A DNA stretch of 64,000 nt, taken from positions 21,390,001-21,454,000 of the forward strand of contig CATNEN010000001.1 of NCBI GenBank assembly GCA_950097015.1, read 5' to 3'. The translations under genes and the position numbers were made by a program. Positions 1-10,704 of the stretch are shown here, one piece after another (positions within the stretch are counted from its first letter, which is position 1; every line of letters starts with the position of its first letter). Origin of the DNA: Macrostomum hystrix (lineage: Eukaryota > Animalia > Platyhelminthes). The notes under the pieces are model-generated. The model did not search any database and was not told the DNA's origin. It worked only from the letters and a program-made list of their open reading frames with translations.

Positions 1-24
1 AAATCCCTAAATTTATTTTAATAG

Positions 25-737
25 ATTGGTCGCAGGTGCCGCGCCCAGCATCCAACATTTTGCGCCTCATCTACCAGGGCAGATTTCTTCACAGGAGCGT
101 GACATTGGCAGCGCTGCGACTGCCGGTGGGCAAGACCACCGTCATGCATTTAGTTGCTAGGGAAACTGCGCCAGAGCCTCACAGAGAAGGTAAGTTCCTA
201 GACAAATCAGAGACTGATGGTGGATGATGACCAATCAGAGACTGATGGTGGGTGATGACTAATCAGAGACTGGTGGTGGGTGGTGACCAACCAGAGACTG
301 ATGGGGGGTTATGACCAATCAGAGACTGATGGTGGGTGAATGCCAATCAGACTGATGAGACTGATGGAGGGTGATGACCAATCAGAGACTGATGGTGGGT
401 GAATGCCAATCAGAGACTGATGGTGGCTGATGACCAATCAGAGACTAATGGTTGGTGATGACCAATCAAAGACTAATGGTGGGTGATGACCAATCAGAGA
501 CTGATGGTGGGTGATGACTAATCAGGTACTGATGGTGGGTATGACCAATCAGGTACTGATGGTGGGTGATGACCAATCAGAGACTGGTGGTGGGTAATTG
601 ATGTTTTGTTTTTTGCTCTGGCCCAAGCGCGCATCATGCAAACGAGCGAAAATTGATTTTCAGGTGAGAATGGACGCGGTAAAAATGGCGACTCGGGATG
701 CTGCAGCTGCTGCACATGCTGCTGCACGCTACTATAA
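25..737 (+). CDS. UBL3: Ubiquitin-like protein 3 / membrane-anchored ubiquitin-fold protein, last two coding exons (5' part outside window)
   Basis: Exon 25-189 (aatag|...g|gtaagt) reads DWSQVPRPASNILRLIYQGRFLHRSVTLAALRLPVGKTTVMHLVARE, matching the UBL3 signature ILRLIYQGRFLH..VTL..L.LP.GKTTVMHLVARE. Exon 664-737 (tttcag|) joins in phase 1 and ends GENGRGKNGDSGCCSCCTCCCTLL* with a CaaX box. Confidence 0.93.
203..597. repeat. Intronic minisatellite, ~28-bp unit GACCAATCAGAGACTGATGGTGGGTGAT
   Basis: Tandem copies fill the last UBL3 intron. Confidence 0.93.
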
Positions 738-2218
738 TTATAAGCTGTGCACTTTTATTATTGACTTTGACAATTGATGTCTATCGATCTTTTTAGGAGT
801 ATGTTGTGTCTGGTTTATCGGACGTTGTTTGTACACGTTAAAAACGTTGAAATAAATATGCGTTTCAAACTAAGTCAGCAAAACAAATATATAGTTTTTT
901 ATTGTGTTTTTTCGAGTCGCGATTTCAGTTTAATTCTCTTGTGTACACAAAGCAGTGTGTGTATTGCGTCTTTATGCTCCTAACTTCGTGTTTTGCGCTA
1001 GATTTTTGTTAAAAAATTATATAAGTTATTGATTTAGTTTTTAAGTGTTTTTTTCATTGGTTCTGCTTTCAGTTGTTCTAACTGTTGTTTGCTAGCAATT
1101 AATGTGCTTGCTATACTACTTGTATTCGCTTCAGTAGTAGTTGCTACCGATTGCTTTTGCTGCGCACAGTGTCAATTTTACCTAATGAAACCGAAATTGA
1201 TTTTCTCTTCATGGAGCACAGATAGAATAGAATAGTTTTGATTACTTTTTGGATTAACTTATTAGATTCATTAATTTAATTTGAAACTGCAGCTGTACAT
1301 TGCTGTGACTATGTGCATTGTACACAAATGTACATTATATGTACTCAAATAAAAAGTAATATATCGTATCGAATTGCCTAACAATTACTATTTTGTCTTA
1401 TTATCCATGTACATTAATGTCAGAATTCTTTATCTTTTATCGCAAATTACTTATTATATTTGAATCTCAAATGACTTAATCAAAATCCGATCTCTTCTCT
1501 TGAGATCAATGACTGTCGCATCTTTTTTATTTCACTGCAAATTCAGCTGTTTGTTTTTTGTCCTTTTTATGTGTAAACACATTCTCGTGTTTTCGGCCCC
1601 TACTGCCTACTTACAAATCAGTAGTATGAATTCTTTCTTTTCTTAAAAATTTACACTATTAGGAATAGGCTTCTACCTGTAAGGCATTGCACACCTGTCT
1701 TTCAGTTAAATCAAAGAATTGGGTCGATTCGGTAGTTACAGGTATGCCATCTCAAACGCAGTGGCGTAAATTGAGATTAGAACAGTATATCCATCTATTA
1801 AATAGATAGCCTGCACATTGTTATTTGTAATGTTCTTTTTGTGTAAATTATTGTATCATCCAATAAAGTGACCATTCGTTTCTGTCTATGATATATATAT
1901 ATTGTTGCGTTCTGCGAACATATTTATATTGTCCAATTGTCAAGTGTAATTATAGCACGATTTTGACTAATATAGTTATGCAGAAAAATGTTTAGATTTA
2001 AGCACTAAAATGCACACAAATACGAAATTATACTATACTCATTAAAACTGGTACACATTGATTTCATTCTTTGTTTCATTATTAATCCTCAGTAGTTTAA
2101 CTGTTTTGTCAGTCATTGTTGCTATCATGACTTAATATGCCTGTGCCCTAATGTTTACAGTCAGTATTTCTTTGTGTACACGTGAGAAGATTGGCTGCCA
2201 TGATGTAATCGTTCATAA

Positions 2219-3600
2219 GTGGATATTGGCAACAGCCTTGATGTACACACGTGTATATTGTTAACAGCCTTGATGTACACACGTGTATATTGTTAACAGC
2301 CTTGATGTACACACGTGTATACTGTTAACAGCCTTGATTTTCACACGTGGATATTGGTAACAGCCTTGATGTTCACACGTGGATATTGTTAACAGCCATG
2401 GTGTTCACACATGGATATTGGTATCAGCCTTGATTTTCACACGTGGATATTGGTAACAGCCTTGATGTTCACACGTGGATATTGGTAACAGCTTTGATGT
2501 TCGCACGTGGATATTGGTAACAGCCATGATGTACACATGTGGATATTGGTAACAGCTTTGATGTTCACACGTGGATATTGGTAACAGCCTTGATGTTCGC
2601 ACGTGGATATTGGTAACAGCCTTGATGTTCACACGTGGATATTGGTAACAGCCTTGATGTTCGCACGTGGATATTGGTAACAGCCTTGATGTTCACACGT
2701 GGATATTGTTAACAGCCATGATGTTCACACGTGGATATTGGTAACAGCTTTGATGTTCACACGTGGATATTGGTAACAGCCATGATGTACACATGTGGAT
2801 ATTGGTAACAGCTTTGATGTTCACACGTGGATATTGGTAACAGCCTTGATGTTCGCACGTGGATATTGGTAACAGCCTTGATGTTCACACGTGGATATTG
2901 TTAACAGCCATGATGTTCACACGTGGATATTGGTAACAGCCTTGATGTTCACACGTGGATATTCGTAACAGCCTTGATTTTCACACGTGGATATTGTTAA
3001 CAGCCTTGATGTTCACACGTGGATATTTTAACAGCCTTGATGTTCACACGTGGATATTCGTAACAGCCTTGATTTTCATACGTGGATATTGTTAACAGCC
3101 TTGATGTACACACGTGGATATTGGTAACAGCCTTGATGTACACACGTGGATATTGGTAACAGCCTTGATGTTCACACGTGGATATTGTTAACAGCCATGG
3201 TGTTCACACATGGATATTGGTATCAGCCTTGATTTTCACACGTGGATATTGGTAACAGCCTTGATGTTCACACGTGGATATTGGTAACAGCTTTGATGTT
3301 CACACGTGGATATTGGTAACAGCCTTGATGTTCGCACGTGGATATTGGTAACAGCCTTGATGTTCACACGTGGATATTGTTAACAGCCATGATGTTCACA
3401 CGTGGATATTTTAACAGCCTTGATGTTCACACATGGATATTCGTAACAGCCTTGATGTACACATGTGGATATTGGTAACAGCCTTGATGCACACATGTGG
3501 ATATTGGTAACAGCCATGATGTACACATGTGGATATTGGTAACAGCCTTGATGCACTCGTACCTGAATGGATATTGGCTACAACCTTAACAAACACATGC
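2219..3600. repeat. Minisatellite, 32-bp unit GATGTTCACACGTGGATATTGGTAACAGCCTT
   Basis: About 40 tandem copies between the convergent UBL3 and SDS3 3' ends. Confidence 0.96.
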
Positions 3601-3942
3601 GTATATTGATAACAGACAGTGCTCTAAGCCCGACTAAGAAAGATCTGTAAGAACAAATTTCAAAAGATTTTCACTGAAAACAGGCCCATTGTTTAAAGGC
3701 CAAGAGAAACATTCGAATTCATGGATTTTTTTAATAATGATTGACTAACGAAGTTTTGCATTTGGAAAATCAGAAAATAAAAAGCAAAGAAGCAGCAACT
3801 TGAAGAGGTTATTAACATGAGTTAAGCTATTGAGAACAGCAAGCAGGTGCGAACAGCGAATGAGAAGTTATTGCAGCATGTTTCTAAGCATTAGAAAATG
3901 TCTATTAACAAAAAATCTGAGATGCATGCAAAACTTGTTAAT

Positions 3943-6900
3943 TTAGTCATTGTGACTTTTTTAAAACAAATTTTCCCGAGCGCAGGTGCTTCAGCGAGAC
4001 TTTCATCTTGCCACCGTCTGAGGACCGCTTCATGATCACCTGGCATAGCGAGGTTGTTGGAGGATGACATGTAGGCAAACTTTCATTTAAGCAGGGATCA
4101 GTAAGATCGATATTTAGTAAATCTAAAGATCGCTATGTACGTGTATATGTGACTGATTAATTTCTAATCACGCGCCGGTAACTATTTCGTTTTTTTAAAT
4201 TTCATTTTAAATCGAAAAACATGAAAGGAATCCCTGGATTCTCGTGAAGGGAATTCCTGGATTCTCACAAAGGGAATCCCTGGATTTTCACAAAGGGAAT
4301 CAAAGGATTCTCAATAAGGGGATTTCTGGAAATCCCTGGATTCTCACGAAGGGAGTCCCTGGATTCTCACGAAGGGAATCCCTGGATTCTCACGAAGGAA
4401 ATCCCTGGATTCTCACGAAGGGAGTCCCTGGATTCTCACGAAGGGAATCCCTGGATTCTCACGAAGGAAATCCCTGGATTCTCACGAAGGGAGTCCCTGG
4501 ATTCTCACGAAGGGAATCCCTGGATTCTCACGAAGGGAATCCCTGGATTCTCACGAAGGGAGTCCCTGGATTCTCACGAAGGGAATCCCTGGATTCTCAC
4601 GAAGGAAATCCCTGGATTCTCACGAAGGGAGTCCCTGGATTCTCACGAAGGGAATCCCTGGATTCTCACGAAGGAAATCCCTGGATTCTCACGAAGGGAG
4701 TCCCTGGATTCTCACGAAGGGAATCCCTGGATTCTCACGAAGGGAATCCCTGGATTCTCACGAAGGGAATTCCTGGATTCTCACGAAGGGAATTCCAGGA
4801 TTTTAATGAAGGGAATCCCATTATTAGTAAGAAAGGAAACCTGTAAAGTTAAAGAACGTAATTCAAGATTTTCACTCGGCAGTTAACCCCACTGACCTCC
4901 TGCTGGCTGACGCTGACAATGACCCCACCATAGAGGGTGGCCCGCCTGGTCTCCAGTGTCACCCGGACGCCTTTGCTGAAGCTGCGATCCCGATAGAACA
5001 GTACACCGTCAACCACTTGCAGCCGGGAGGCCGGAGTGGCGCCGGCGATGCCAGAGCCGCCAGCGCCTGTGGTAGAAGCGGTGGCAGCAGCGGAGTTGCC
5101 GTTGCTTGCGGCCGAACTAGATGCCTGCCTTTGCCTTGCCTTGGCGATCGCCCGCAGATCGTCTTGAATGTCGGAGTCGGGCAGCAGAGGATCAAAAGCG
5201 CCGCCAACGCCCCAAACTGGGCCGCCAAATGAGCCGGCGCCTGCTGCGGCCGACGATGTCGACGGAGCCCCGGAGGCAGCCGCGGCGGCCGCTGCGGCGG
5301 CTGCTGCAGCGATAGCGGCTAGACCGCTGGACGAGACGTCCACTCCTGAAGCTGCTGACGATGCGGCAGCGGATGCAGCGTCTAGCGGCAATGCCGAGCC
5401 TGACAGGGTCAAGCGAAAGACGACTTGGTTTGAAATATCAAAGAGCCATTTCTAAACTAAAATAATTTTGTCTCACCGGCAGCAGCAGCAGCAGCCGTCC
5501 CCTTCGCAGGCTGCCTGTTCCTCAGTCGCCAAGTAGCCGGCTGCTTAACGTCGTGCACATCGCCGTCGAAGTTTAAATCGAAGCTGGCCCGCTCCATCTC
5601 CACAGCGCGACGCTTGTCGTTCAGCTCTGTTAGAAGCAGATCCGTCAGCTCCTTCGGATGGGGACAGAATTAGAAATGAGATGCCTAGTACGAGTGCCGC
5701 TGCAAATAAAGCAATATTCTTAAATGTCCCACTGCAAACTACTTTTGGACCTCAGTACAAAGGGGATTTTACTTGTTTTAAATGATTTTTTAGTACACCT
5801 CGGGTCGAAAATTTGATCTTCGGGCCTGAAACCCCATCCCATCAGGCTATACGATTTCATCATCTTGCATTAATATCTTTCAAGACTTTTTAATCCTGAA
5901 ATTAACAGAGGCCTTTGCAGGGGTGTTCAATAAGTTTCCGGACTTCAAGAAACAGCTCGTTTAAGTCTGCACACAATGTACCTAACTAAAAATGTACATG
6001 TCCCAAGATTACTCATCAAATATAAAGGCTTTCAACCCTGCCACTCGGGATTTTATTTCAATCAGCTTCCCCCTATCAAACCTATCTGCAATGGAACTGT
6101 CGCGCACTGACTGGAGAGCGATGATTTACAACGACTACAAAAGTGTTCTGTCAAGTCAGAGAGCTTGGAACGGCTTCATCAGGCCTTCGGAGATACTGCG
6201 CCTTCCAGAACAACCGTTTTATGACTGGTTCGCCGAATTTCGTCGGGGTCGGCTGTCGCTTGAAGACGAAGCTCGAGAGGCACGACTTCCAAGCTCGACA
6301 ACCGATGAAAACGTTGCTGCAGTGCGAGCACTGATTTAAGAAGATCCGCAAATGAAGGTTCAGCAATTAGCCACAGCTATCGGCATTTCATCGGGACGCA
6401 CCTCCACCATTCTGCACGAAAGGCTCAGGCTGAGCACGGTATCCGCCTGTTGGGTACCCCACCACCTCACCCAGGAGCAGAAGCAGGCCCGTGTCGATTG
6501 GTGCCAAGCCATGCTCAACAGATTTGACAGTGGGAGCTCCTGGGAGCACCTGGGAGATTGTCACTGGTGATGAAACCTGGGTGTACAGTTTCGACCCCGA
6601 AAGCAATTAGCAGTCGATTCAATGGACTCCAGTTGGCAGCCCACCGCCCCCAAAGCTGGTGCGGTCCCGAAGGGTTGCCAAGCAGATGGTCGCTGCTTTT
6701 GTGTCTCGTAGCGGTCCTGTGGCCCTGATCCCGCTGGTAACACAGCGGACAGTGACTGCCGGATAGTATGTTACCGAATGCATGCCGCAGGTGCTACCGG
6801 CCATCGACGAGAGGCGTCCAAGGATTCGAACTCGCGGCCTGTTGCTCCACCAGGACAATGCCCTAGCCCACACTGCGCGACAAACGATGGAGTTTATGGA

Positions 6901-8069
6901 GCAGAACCGCATCCAGTTGCTTTAACATCCACCCTACAGTCCAGACCTGGCCTCGTGCGACTTCTTTGTGTTCCCTTGGGTCAAGCACTTGCTCAAAGGA
7001 GTTCGGTTTAAATCGCCAGAGTTGGCCGTCAAGGCCTTCAGCAGTCACCTGTACAACATCCCTCAGTCTGAATGGACTGGCTGCTTTTCTACTTGGTTTG
7101 AGAGGATGAGGAAGTGCATCAAAGCTGCTGGGGAGTACTTTGAAAAGACCTAATAGTAATTTTTTATTTGACATTTGACAGGTTTTCTGTGTATCCGGAA
7201 ACTTATTGAACACCCCACGTATAATTTAATCCTTCAAGCCTCTATAATCCAATCCCTCAGGCCTCTATAATCCAATCCTTCAGGCCTCTATAATACAATC
7301 CTTCAGGCCTCTATAACCCAATCCCTCAGGCCACTATAATCCAATCCTTCAGGCCTCTATAACACAATCCCTCAGGCCTCTATAATCCAATCCTTCAGGC
7401 CTCTATAGTACAATCCTTCAGGCCTCCATAACCCAATCCCTCAGGCCACTATAATCCAATCCTTCAGGCCTCTATAATCCAATCCCTCAGGCCTCTATAA
7501 TCCAATCCTTCAGGCCTCTATAATCCAATCCTTCAGGCCTCTTTAATCCAATCCTTCAGGCCTCTTTATTAAAATCCTTCAGGCCTCTTTAATAAAATAC
7601 TTTAGGCCTCGTTAATCCAATCTTTATGCCTCTTAATTTAAATACTTCAGTCCTACTTAATTAAATCGTCCAGGTCTCTTTATTTTAACTATTCATACCT
7701 CTAAAGTCCTCAGTGGCAATAACTACTCACCTGTCGCCTCTGACTAAGTTCCTGTTGAGCGCTGCTCTTTTCAGCATTGTGCTCCTGATTAATGAGCTGG
7801 CAGCGCAGCTGATACCAATCTCTGGCCGCCTGTTGCCATTCTAGACAGTCGGCCTGGAGTGCAGCTAGGCATCGCTGATACTCTGGCAGGGTGCCCTTCT
7901 CAAGCCGGGCTAATTTAGATTGCAAGCGCTCTAGCCTTTCATCTGTTGCTACTGGCACTTGGGGCTGCTGCTGCTGTGGAATGGAATCTGACTGTGGCGA
8001 TAACAAGACTGGTGACTCATCATCCACTTGCTGCTGCTGCTGATTCAGGACAATGCCAAATGATAGCAT
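3943..8069 (-). CDS. SUDS3: Sin3-HDAC corepressor subunit SDS3, 4 coding exons
   Basis: Exons 8069-7731, 5651-5477, 5399-4897 and 4039-3943 are all GT-AG and phase-compatible (0,1,0). The translation has LARLEKGTLPEYQR..., ELTDLLLTELNDKRRAVEMERASFDL, DSDIQDDLRAI, VDGVLFYRDRSFSKGVRVTLE and VIMKRSSDGGKMKVSLKHLRSGKFVL, collinear with the Sds3 coiled-coil and C-terminal domain. Confidence 0.88.
4226..4820. repeat. Intronic minisatellite, 23-bp unit GGGAATCCCTGGATTCTCACGAA with a 69-bp higher-order period
   Basis: Tandem array in SDS3 intron 3; variants gggagtcc/gggaatcc/ggaaatcc cycle. Confidence 0.95.
5917..7219 (+). mobile_element. Tc1/mariner DD34D transposon, full length, inactive
   Basis: TIRs are GGGGTGTTCAATAAGTTTCCGGA at 5920 and TCCGGAAACTTATTGAACACCCC ending at 7216, followed by acg-TA. 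The element is ~1.3 kb and lies in SDS3 intron 1. Confidence 0.93.
6091..7153 (+). pseudogene. Mariner transposase pseudogene
   Basis: Motifs WVPHHL, IVTGDETW, HQDNA and YSPDLASCDF are present, with 34 residues between the 2nd and 3rd Asp. It has frameshifts and in-frame stops (e.g. TAA 6337, TAG ~6764, TAA ~6923). Confidence 0.92.
7226..7680. repeat. Intronic minisatellite, 23-bp unit TATAATCCAATCCTTCAGGCCTC
   Basis: The array starts immediately after the mariner right end. Confidence 0.93.
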
Positions 8070-10704
8070 TGGAATCCAAAGTTAAGCTGTTTAGCTAGAA
8101 AAAAAACAATGTTTTTGTAAAACAATAGCTATCATTTGAAATTATATTTGAAAGGCATAATACAGCTCAAAACTTTTTTTCAAGCAACAATAATTTTATA
8201 CCATTTTTATTCTCCAGCATAGATATATATAATATATATATATATATAGTTATAAGAATAGTGACAATTGCATAAAAAATCTATACAGGTTAGGGGAACA
8301 TTTGTTTACATATGTACTGTTTAGAGAAATAGCTCATATATAAATTACAAGATAATTAAGAACAAACTGAACAAAATAATATGCATTTCAAATGCAAGGA
8401 CCACAAAAACTAAGGTAAGTATAACTAAGTTATTCTCTACAGTGGTCCCATAGTCAAGATGGCCTTTACCAAAGAAAATTCTGGCATAAAACAGAGGTCC
8501 CTAACACACATAGTGAACAATCACAGTGCACATGGTGGTCCTAAGCACATATGGCACACACAGTAACAGTGCACAGCTGGTGCACATTTGGCACACAGTT
8601 TGTCCACAAATATTTGTTCTGCCACACACTGGCACAACCTTCCTGACTAAGGAAGGAATGACAATGGTCTTTGTTTTAATGTTTAATTAGAAACATTAAG
8701 TCAGACAATATATGTATGTTAAATAGGGCAGCATATTTGTTGTATACAGCAGATTGAAAGACTTAAATGTATAACATAACCCATCATTCCTGTTTTTATA
8801 GCATAAAATACTTATTTTTTATTCAGTAGATAGAAGGCTCCTAGGCCTTGTGGCCAGAACACATACTTTAGCCTTTATGAAACATAGCAAGGATAAAAAA
8901 CAATAAACAGAACTGTACAGTAGAACTGAAAATCAGAACTGTAGGAACTGTAGAAGCTGTATCTAGGTCTAGGTCAGAGTTCCCAAAATTCCGAAAATAA
9001 GAAGCTGTAGCCACTACCACTATGTCTATGTCTCCTTAGGCTTAAGAAGTTATTAGTTGAGTGATTTTTTATATTAATGCTCAGCATTTGATTTTTATAA
9101 AGGCGAAATAAAAGGTGATAAGTATGCTGTGGTAAAAAAAGTGCTAAAAATACTATACAGGTGGAACTTTGATCAGTTTCCTCAATTTAGCGTAGAGTTG
9201 TGTGTTCAGATACATGTGTAGCGTAGGCAGTGTAGGCATCGACGGCATCGATAAATTTCTTAAAAAATTAGACAAAGGATTTCATAGAACGTATTATAAA
9301 AACAAAACACTATTTTAGCTTTGGCAACGGAAGTTATTTATTTTATTTATAAATATAAAAAAGCTTTATTATATTGAAAAATACACGATATTTATAGGAA
9401 AATAACTTATCTACATCAACCTTCTATATGATCTGATCAGTTTGGAATTTCTGTATTTGAAACTTTGGTGAAAAACTCTCTTAACCTATCTTACACTTGC
9501 TTCAATATCATTCTTTTAGATACGTAGTATGTATGATTATTGGCGTACTAGACACGACAAAAGAAACTTAAAGAAGTTCTTGTTGTATAATTCCAAAACT
9601 AAAACTGCAGGCTTTTTTAGAAAATAATTATTTGAAAGCTGTTATATTACGAGTATTATTTTCCTTCTTTTTATTAAACTTAAGTATAGCAGTTTTTTCA
9701 CACACTTTGCGCTGTTACATCTTTTCAGTTGGTTGTTGCTAGTTGCATGTTTTAGTACCATTTACATTTAGTAGATAGAATAATTTGTAGTATGAATATA
9801 ATATTTTTGGCTGACATTTATGTTAATTCCCTATAGTTTTGTATTTTATTTTTGTATAATATTTTTTTCGTTATTGTTCTATTACTGCAATAATTTTCAA
9901 AACAAGTACATTTTGTTAAGCTTCTGTTTTTTAAAGGCATAATATACCCTTTAAAAATTATGTAAGGTCTACATACCTAAATGCATATAAGTATATAGAA
10001 AAAATACAAATAAATATAATTATGAAATCTATATGTGGCTATCAGTATATGAGTTTTCCCTAAGTTAAGCATGCAAAAAAGTACACGCTATCTCTGAGCA
10101 TATACACCATACAATTTGTTATTACATATGGTCAACTAGGCTAGGCTAGTCTAGGCTTGCTAGGTGAATTCTTATTTAGCGATATAAGGGAAAGTAATCT
10201 TCATTCTAACTATAAAATATCAAGTATGTCTAGAAACTCAGCTAGCTCAGCTAACTAAAATAGAAAGTGCATATTCTTTATTTAGCTATAGACTTGTGTT
10301 TTGGCATTTTTAGATTTTCAAGCCAGGTGATTTCATTATTACATTATATTATACTCATGTTTATCTCTAAGTCAGTCTATAATGTTTGGGCAAATGCATG
10401 GACAAATGGTCCTAGCTATTCCGTCTTGTATTGAAAATTATTTGTTCCTACTTAATTTATCTCCAATCAAAAGCATACAGCTCTGCTCTCATTCTTTAAA
10501 ACTATAACTGAAACCAATTCTAGCTCCTCTACATAAATAGGAATAGCTGTTAAATTCTGTTTCTCTAGGGCACATGTGTAGGCCTTACAGCTTATAAATT
10601 CGTTGCATCCAATTTCAAACTGACCCAAATCAGGTGGTTCGTATATTGCCATTTCGTGTTTTTCAGGCAAGCAGTTTAGCTAGTCAGATCTAATCTTTCT
10701 AAAA

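Noticed and set aside
5168-5455. Ala-rich plus-strand ORFs over SDS3 exon 3 (and similar antisense ORFs over PDE8, FkbM and EPC)
   Set aside because: Shadow frames of GC-rich coding exons on the opposite strand.
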